From positions 3,501 to 67,500 of the forward strand of contig DASTPE010000114.1 of the NCBI GenBank assembly GCA_035762345.1: a DNA stretch of 64,000 nt, in the 5' to 3' direction. Each line of letters begins with the position of its first letter. Position 1 is the stretch's first letter. Source of the stretch: Burkholderiales bacterium. GTDB taxonomy: Bacteria > Pseudomonadota > Gammaproteobacteria > Burkholderiales > SG8-39. Shown one piece after another: positions 58,456 to 64,000 of the stretch. The notes under the pieces were generated by a model. The model made no database searches. It was not told where the DNA came from and saw only the letters and a list, made by a program, of their open reading frames with translations. Made by a program: the position numbers and the translations under genes.

Positions 58456-59333
58456 ATCGCTCATTCCTTTTCGCGCCGGGCAACGTCGCGCGCCGTGTGG
58501 CGAAGGCGCTGACGCTCGAAGCCGACGCGGTCATCGCTGATCTTGAGGATTCAGTCGCGATCACGGAAAAGGTCGCGACGCGGAAATTGGTCGCACGGGC
58601 ACTCGAGCAGCCACGGCGCGGCCGCGGCTACGTGCGGGTGAACGCGCCATCGACACCTTTCTGCTTCGGCGATCTGCACGAGGTGCTGCATCCCGGAGTC
58701 GAAGGGGTCGTCCTGCCCAAGGTGGAGAGCGCGGCGGACCTGCACGCCATAGACTGGCTGATCTGGAATCTCGAGCGCGAACGCGGCATACCGGAGGGGT
58801 CGATCGACCTGATGCCGCAGATCGAGACCGCCGCGGGGCTGCATCGCATCGATCGCGTGCTGCAAGCGAGGAGCCTCCGTCCGTACAAAGGCCAATGGCG
58901 CGTGAAGCGCGTGGCGTTCGGTGCCGCAGACTACGCGCACGAGCTCGGTCTCACGGTCGGTGCGGAAGAAGCCGAGCTTGCCGAAGCGCGTGCCCGCGTG
59001 GTGCTCGCTGCGCGTGCCGCCGGGCTCGAGGGCCCCATCGACAGCCCGTGGTTTCATCTCAAAGACACTGAAGGCTTCGGCCGCGCGCTCGAGCGCAGTC
59101 GCCGCGGCGGCTTTCAGGGCAGGCTGTGCGTGCATCCCGACCAGATCGGCCCCGTGAACGCAGCTTACATGCCGAGCGCCGCCGAGCTCGCGCGCGCGGA
59201 GCGCGTTGTCGCCGCTTTCCGTGATGCGGAGGCGAAAGGCGAAGCCGCGGTCCAGGTCGACGGCGAGATGGTCGACTATCCCGTCGCCTATCGCGCGCAG
59301 GCCCTGCTGGACTCGTTCAGAAAAAGCCGCTGA
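58452..59333 (+). CDS. HpcH/HpaI aldolase / citrate-lyase-beta (CitE)-like CoA-ester lyase
   Basis: RSFLFAPG, ADAVIADLEDSV, LMPQIETAAG; ATGA overlap with the SBP gene. Confidence 0.82.
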   Translation: MNRSFLFAPGNVARRVAKALTLEADAVIADLEDSVAITEKVATRKLVARALEQPRRGRGYVRVNAPSTPFCFGDLHEVLHPGVEGVVLPKVESAADLHAIDWLIWNLERERGIPEGSIDLMPQIETAAGLHRIDRVLQARSLRPYKGQWRVKRVAFGAADYAHELGLTVGAEEAELAEARARVVLAARAAGLEGPIDSPWFHLKDTEGFGRALERSRRGGFQGRLCVHPDQIGPVNAAYMPSAAELARAERVVAAFRDAEAKGEAAVQVDGEMVDYPVAYRAQALLDSFRKSR

Positions 59334-60526
59334 GCGTCGTCCTTCCTCTTTTCGCCACGCTCGCGATCCAGACGCTGGTGTCCACCGCGGTGTACTGCGC
59401 GCCCGTGATGGCGCCCGCAGCTGCGCCGATGCTCGGCGTCGCGCCCGCGAGCGTGGGTTACTTCGTCACTGCGGTGTATCTCGGCTCAATGATCGGCACG
59501 GTCGCCGCCGGCGCCTGGGTCGGACGCTTCGGAGCCATCCTTGTTTCGCAGGCGGGACTGATCTTTTGCCTGCTCGGGCTGGCGATGGCCTCCACTGCGG
59601 TCCTCCCTGCTGTGCTCGCCGGAGCCCTGCTTCTCGGGCTCGGCTACGGGCCGGCGACACCGGCGAGCTCGGCGATCCTGGCGCGAGCCGCGCCTCCTCA
59701 CATGCTGGCGCTTACCTTCTCCATCAAACAGACCGGCGTGCCGCTCGGCACCGCAATCGCGGGCGCCGCGGTTCCGGTGCTAGTAGTCGCGCTCGGCTGG
59801 CAGGTCGCCGCGCTCTCGGTAGGGGCCGCCTGCGCGCTGTGCGCGGGCGCGCTCGGTCCGATCCGCGGTCGCTACGATGCCGCCCGCAACCCGGCCGCGC
59901 CAGCATCGCTGCGCTCCGCGTTCTCGCCCGTCGGCCTCGTGATGCGCGACCCTACGCTGCGCGAGCTTTCGCTCGTCTCTTTCATCTACGGCGGAATGCA
60001 GATCACCCTGCTTGCCTATCTGGTGAGTTTCCTGGTCGAGTTTTTTTCGCTTTCACTCGTGCTCGCCGGCATGATCATGGCGGCCTCGCAAGTGACGAGC
60101 GTCGTGGCGCGCGTCGGCTGGGGAATGTTCGCCGACCGGCTCTCCACTCGGCGCGTGACGCTCGGGATACTGGGCATCGGCATGGGGGTAACCGCGCTGA
60201 CCGCGCTTTTCGCCAATCAGGAATGGCCGCTGTGGGTGCTATTCGCGTTCGCCATGGCGTACGGCGCCACGGCGGTAGGGTGGAATGGCGTATTCCTGGC
60301 CGAGATCGCGAGGCTGGCGCCGCGCAACCGGGTGAGCGACGCCACCGGCGGCTCGGCATTCTTTACATTCCTCGGCGTGGTGGTGACGCCGCCACTTTTC
60401 CACCTGGTCTTGACCACCACCGGCTCGTACGGGCTTACCTATGCCTTGTTCGGCCTTCCCGCCGCCGCGGCCGGCGTGCGGCTGCTCGCGACCGCTAAAA
60501 TCGGCCGCGATGCCAGCCATTCCTGA
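59330..60526 (+). CDS. MFS transporter (start uncertain; first canonical start is GTG 59378)
   Basis: About 12 TM helices; first TM helix begins upstream of GTG 59378; CTG 59330 overlaps the citE-like stop (CTGA). Confidence 0.78.
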   Translation: MSVVLPLFATLAIQTLVSTAVYCAPVMAPAAAPMLGVAPASVGYFVTAVYLGSMIGTVAAGAWVGRFGAILVSQAGLIFCLLGLAMASTAVLPAVLAGALLLGLGYGPATPASSAILARAAPPHMLALTFSIKQTGVPLGTAIAGAAVPVLVVALGWQVAALSVGAACALCAGALGPIRGRYDAARNPAAPASLRSAFSPVGLVMRDPTLRELSLVSFIYGGMQITLLAYLVSFLVEFFSLSLVLAGMIMAASQVTSVVARVGWGMFADRLSTRRVTLGILGIGMGVTALTALFANQEWPLWVLFAFAMAYGATAVGWNGVFLAEIARLAPRNRVSDATGGSAFFTFLGVVVTPPLFHLVLTTTGSYGLTYALFGLPAAAAGVRLLATAKIGRDASHS

Positions 60527-60920
60527 AGGGTTCCGCCGGATCGAGCGCCTGAGCCCCTTTAACGCGCTCGTCGGCCCGCTGTACGAGCGCCGCGACGGCG
60601 ATGCCGTTTCCATTGGGCTCGCGGTAGAGGAGAAGCACACGAATTCACGCGGCATTTGTCACGGTGGCGTCCTCGCTACGCTCGCCGACCTGGCGCTCGG
60701 CTATGCGATGCTCGCCAAGTCAGGCGACAGGGGATTTGTTACCGCACACCTCGCGGTGGACTACGCCGGCGCGGCACGCAGCGGCGACTGGATTGAATCA
60801 CGGGTCGAGATCCAGCGTGTCGGCTCGCGCCTCGCATTCGCAAACTGCTACCTGGTCGCCGGTGAAAAGCGCATCGTGCGGGCGAGCGCCATTTTCGCGC
60901 GCGACGGCAAGCGTGGATGA
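60510..60920 (+). CDS. PaaI-family hotdog-fold thioesterase
   Basis: NSRGICHGGVLATLADLALG typical PaaI motif, 136 aa; 17-nt overlap with the MFS gene. Confidence 0.85.
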   Translation: MPAIPEGFRRIERLSPFNALVGPLYERRDGDAVSIGLAVEEKHTNSRGICHGGVLATLADLALGYAMLAKSGDRGFVTAHLAVDYAGAARSGDWIESRVEIQRVGSRLAFANCYLVAGEKRIVRASAIFARDGKRG

Positions 60921-61522
60921 TGCCGCGCCATCTGGTCCTGGTTCCCGGGCTTTGGGTGCCCGCCGCCGTGATGGCGCTTCTTTCGCTCAGGCTGCAGAGG
61001 CGCGGCCACCGAGTGCACGTTTTTGCCTACCATGGACGCGCTCCGCATGAGGCGAATGTCGAGGCGCTCGCGCGCTTTTCCCGTGGCAAGACCGGCTTCG
61101 TCGGCCACAGCCTCGGCGGTCTTCTCGTGCTCGACATGCTGAACCGCTACCCCGAGATCGCCGCCGATGCCGTCGTGCTGCTCGGCGCGCCCGTGCGTGG
61201 CTGCCTCGCCGGCCGTCGGCTCGGGCGCGCGCGGCTCGGGCGCTGGATGATGGGCGCATGCCGCTCGCTGTGGGACGAGCGCGCCGCACGCTGGACCCGC
61301 AATGCACCGCTGGGCGTTGTCGCCGGCACGCTTCCCATGGGGCTCGGGCGCGCGTTCGGCGCGCTGCCGGGACCGAACGACGGTGTGGTATGCGTCGACG
61401 AAACTTCCGTCGACGGTATGGCCGGCCGGGCACTGGTTCGCCAGGGCCACAGCATGCTCGTCGTGTCGCGGGAGGTCGGCCACCTCACAGAGCGCTTCCT
61501 CGCGTGCGGACGGTTCGCATGA
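60917..61522 (+). CDS. small alpha/beta-hydrolase-fold protein
   Basis: VLVPG...GHSLGG nucleophile elbow, 201 aa; ATGA overlaps on both sides. Confidence 0.72.
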   Translation: MMPRHLVLVPGLWVPAAVMALLSLRLQRRGHRVHVFAYHGRAPHEANVEALARFSRGKTGFVGHSLGGLLVLDMLNRYPEIAADAVVLLGAPVRGCLAGRRLGRARLGRWMMGACRSLWDERAARWTRNAPLGVVAGTLPMGLGRAFGALPGPNDGVVCVDETSVDGMAGRALVRQGHSMLVVSREVGHLTERFLACGRFA

Positions 61523-62520
61523 GATTCTGGGTAGCAACCCTGGTGCTCGCGGTCGTGGCGGGATGCCAGTCGCTCGCCTACTACACCCAAGCGGTCGGCG
61601 GCCACTTCAAGGTGCTCGCAAGCGCGCGGCCGGTCTCCGACTGGCTTGCCGATCCGGCGACGCCGCCGGAGCTCAAGGCACGCCTCGAAACGGCGCGCCG
61701 CATCCGCGAGTTCGCCTCGAAGAGCCTCGGGCTGCCGGACAACGGCAGCTATCTTTCCTACGCCGACATCGAGCGCCCGTACGTGGTGTGGAACGTATTC
61801 GCGGCGCCGGAGCTTTCGGTGGAGCCGAAAGTCGAATGCTTCCCCTTCGCCGGCTGCGTAAGCTACCGCGGCTTCTACTCCGAGGACGAAGCGAGGCGCC
61901 ATGCCGAGAAGCTTCGCGCGGAGGGCTACGACGTTCACGTCGGGGGCGTGCCGGCGTATTCCACGCTCGGCTGGTCGGACGATCCGCTGCTCTCGACCTT
62001 CATCCGCTACCCCGATGCCCAGCTTGCGCGGCTCGTATTCCACGAGCTCGCGCATCAGGTGGTCTACGCCAGGAACGACACCACGTTCAACGAGTCCTTC
62101 GCCGTGACGGTCGAGGAGGAAGGCGTGCGGCGCTGGCTCGAGTCGGAACACCGTTCCGGCGAGCTGGCGGCGTTCAGTTCCATCCAGGCGCGCAAGCGCG
62201 ATCTCGCCGAGCGTGTGAGCCGGGCGCGCGAGAGCCTGAAGGCCGTGTACGCCTCGGATCTCACGCGCGAGCGGAAGCTCGAGCAGAAGAACGCCGAGTG
62301 GCAGCGGCTGCGGTCAGCGTATCCGGCGCTGCCTGCTGAACCGAACAACGCGTTCCTTGCCTCGGTCGCGGCCTACACCGAGCTCGTGCCGGCGTTCGAG
62401 CGCCTGCTCGCGGAGAGCGGCAGCCTGGAAGCGTTTTACCGTCGGGTGAAGGACCTGGCGCGCGATCCGTCCGCGCGCGAGGCCTACTTCACGACAGCGG
62501 GATATCGACGATCTTCTTGA
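61519..62520 (+). CDS. putative zinc aminopeptidase lipoprotein (DUF2265 / Aminopep family)
   Basis: Lipobox LAVVAGC, FHELAHQ (HExxH); family name recalled, not verified. Confidence 0.72.
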   Translation: MRFWVATLVLAVVAGCQSLAYYTQAVGGHFKVLASARPVSDWLADPATPPELKARLETARRIREFASKSLGLPDNGSYLSYADIERPYVVWNVFAAPELSVEPKVECFPFAGCVSYRGFYSEDEARRHAEKLRAEGYDVHVGGVPAYSTLGWSDDPLLSTFIRYPDAQLARLVFHELAHQVVYARNDTTFNESFAVTVEEEGVRRWLESEHRSGELAAFSSIQARKRDLAERVSRARESLKAVYASDLTRERKLEQKNAEWQRLRSAYPALPAEPNNAFLASVAAYTELVPAFERLLAESGSLEAFYRRVKDLARDPSAREAYFTTAGYRRSS

Positions 62521-63106
62521 AAGCGGCGCGCGCGCACAGCCGGTCGAACCAGCGACTCAGGTTTGGGTGCGCCGGGCGCTCGATAGGCAGTCGCATCCAG
62601 ATCTGCACGTGGCAGCCGAGCGCGATGTCGCCGATCGTAAGCCCGCTGCCGGCGAAGTAAGGCCGGTTCGCGAGCGCCTCGTCCGGGATGGCAAGCAGAT
62701 CGGCACACTTCTTACGCCCTTCCTCGACCGCCTGCAGGTCGCGCTTGTCCGGCGGCGTGCGCACGAGATTCCAGAACACCGCGCGCAGCGACGACTGGAA
62801 GGTAAACGCCCAGTCCATCCAGCGGTCGGCGTCGGCGCGCTGCTTGAGATCCGCGGGCCACAGCGTGCCCGCGCCGTGCTTCGCCGCGAGGTAGCGCACG
62901 ATTGCGTGCGACTCCCACAGCACGAAGCCGCCGTCGTCGATCGTCGGCACGAGCGAATTGGGATTCATCTTCTTGTACTGCGGCGTGTTCACCACGCCGA
63001 ACTCCCTGCCGGCGTCGATGCGCTCGTACTTGAGGCCGAGCTCCTCCGCGGCCCATAGCACCTTCTTTACGTTAACCGAATTGACGCGCCCCCAGATCTT
63101 CAGCAT
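62489..63106 (-). CDS. glutathione S-transferase
   Basis: Thioredoxin-like N-domain (LVPTIDDGGFVLWESHAIVRYL), helical C-domain, 205 aa. Confidence 0.9.
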   Translation of the reverse strand: MLKIWGRVNSVNVKKVLWAAEELGLKYERIDAGREFGVVNTPQYKKMNPNSLVPTIDDGGFVLWESHAIVRYLAAKHGAGTLWPADLKQRADADRWMDWAFTFQSSLRAVFWNLVRTPPDKRDLQAVEEGRKKCADLLAIPDEALANRPYFAGSGLTIGDIALGCHVQIWMRLPIERPAHPNLSRWFDRLCARAAFKKIVDIPLS

Positions 63107-63121
63107 TGGGTCTCCGATTTT

Positions 63122-64000
63122 CTAGAACCCCACGGCCTGACCATCGCGCCGCGGATCGCTCGCGGTGAAGTAGCCGCCATCGAGCTTCCAGATGAGCTGC
63201 GCGCTGCCAAACTGGTTGTAGTCGTCCGGCAGTGAAACGATGCGGTGGCCGCGCCGCGTGAGCTCTTCCAGCACCGAGGGCCGGAAGGCGTTTTCCACGC
63301 TCACGTCCATGCCTTGGACTACGCGGAAGCGCGGCCCGTCGCACGCCGCCTGCGGGCTCTGGCCGTAGTCGGCGATGCGCACCATGACTTGGGCATGGCC
63401 CTGCGGCTGCATCGTGCCGCCCATGACGCCGAAGCTCATGACGGGCCGGCCTTCGCGGGTCACGAAGCCCGGAATGATGGTCTGATACGGCCGCTTGCGC
63501 GGCCCGACGCAGTTCGGGTGGCCCGGTTGCAGCACGAAGGTCGCGCCCCGGTTTTGCAGCGAGATGCCCTCCACCACCACGCCCGAGCCGAAGCCCATGA
63601 AGTTCGATTGGATAAACGACACCATCAGACCGGAAGCGTCGGCTGCCGCTAGATACACCGTGCCGCTCTGCGGCGGCGTGCCATGGCCGAAATCCTGCGC
63701 GCGCTCGAGGTCGATCAGCTTCGCCCTCGACTTCAGATACTCCTTGTCGAGCAGTGCCTGCGGCCGCACGCGAGTCATGTAATCGATGTCCGCGACGTAG
63801 CGCCGTGCGTCGGCGAACGCCAGTTTCTGGGCCTCGATCTGCAAATGCAGGCTGTCGGCGCCGTCCACGGCGTGCGAGCGCATGTCGAAGTGCTCGAGCA
63901 TGCCGAGCGCCATGAGCGCCACGATGCCCTGGCCGTTCGGCGGGATCTCGTGCAACGTGTAGCCGCGGTAGTCCATCGACAGCGGCTCGACCCAGTCGCA
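63122..64000 (-). CDS. ggt: gamma-glutamyltransferase, C-terminal two-thirds (gene continues past window end)
   Basis: Frame open to 64000 (CDWVEPLS before MDYRGY), PPNGQGI, nucleophile region SGTVYLAAAD, GGTMQPQG, SDPRRDG. Confidence 0.9.
   Translation of the reverse strand, partial: CDWVEPLSMDYRGYTLHEIPPNGQGIVALMALGMLEHFDMRSHAVDGADSLHLQIEAQKLAFADARRYVADIDYMTRVRPQALLDKEYLKSRAKLIDLERAQDFGHGTPPQSGTVYLAAADASGLMVSFIQSNFMGFGSGVVVEGISLQNRGATFVLQPGHPNCVGPRKRPYQTIIPGFVTREGRPVMSFGVMGGTMQPQGHAQVMVRIADYGQSPQAACDGPRFRVVQGMDVSVENAFRPSVLEELTRRGHRIVSLPDDYNQFGSAQLIWKLDGGYFTASDPRRDGQAVGF

Overview
High-G+C proteobacterial chromosome segment. Its gene order resembles Beta-/Gammaproteobacteria: hemA-prfA-prmC-grxD; argH divergent from algZ-algR-hemC-hemD-hemX-hemY; hemF-purD-purH-fis; pepP-ubiH; amgK-murU divergent from lptD-surA-pdxA-rsmA; gloA-ygjP-plsC-gmhB-glyS-glyQ-lnt-corC-ybeY-phoH-miaB; rplM-rpsI-argC-(coiled-coil protein)-bactofilin-erpA; tyrS. 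I call about 70 protein-coding genes packed almost without gaps. I saw no rRNA or tRNA, no CRISPR array, and no transposase, integrase or phage genes. Positions 0-43 kb are housekeeping. Positions 43-64 kb look more accessory and metabolic. They hold a lactonase-like MBL hydrolase, an enolase-superfamily enzyme and a TRAP transporter with two tandem binding-protein paralogs. They also hold a PatB-type C-S lyase, an extradiol-dioxygenase-like VOC protein, ChaC and a sulfite-oxidase-family Mo enzyme. Next come a Tat-exported transglutaminase-like/TlpA/exported-methyltransferase operon, an FAD oxidase and a six-gene coupled operon (SBP-CitE-MFS-PaaI-hydrolase-DUF2265), followed by GST and GGT. 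I do not see a clear-cut, self-contained novel system such as a defence island or mobile element. The best candidates for something undescribed are the exported transglutaminase/TlpA/methyltransferase module, the six-gene coupled operon and the Hanks kinase fused to a cNMP-binding domain. The firmest sequence-level oddities fall into three groups. First, gene decay: dusB is reduced to a 65-codon in-frame stub still coupled to fis, a kinase subdomain-V relic lies in the argH-kinase spacer, and there is a frameshifted flavin-reductase fragment. Second, three genes have conserved N-termini that lie upstream of any canonical start codon. Third, glyS carries a low-GC mosaic patch at its 5' end. All functions are inferred by eye from motifs and synteny; no searches were run.
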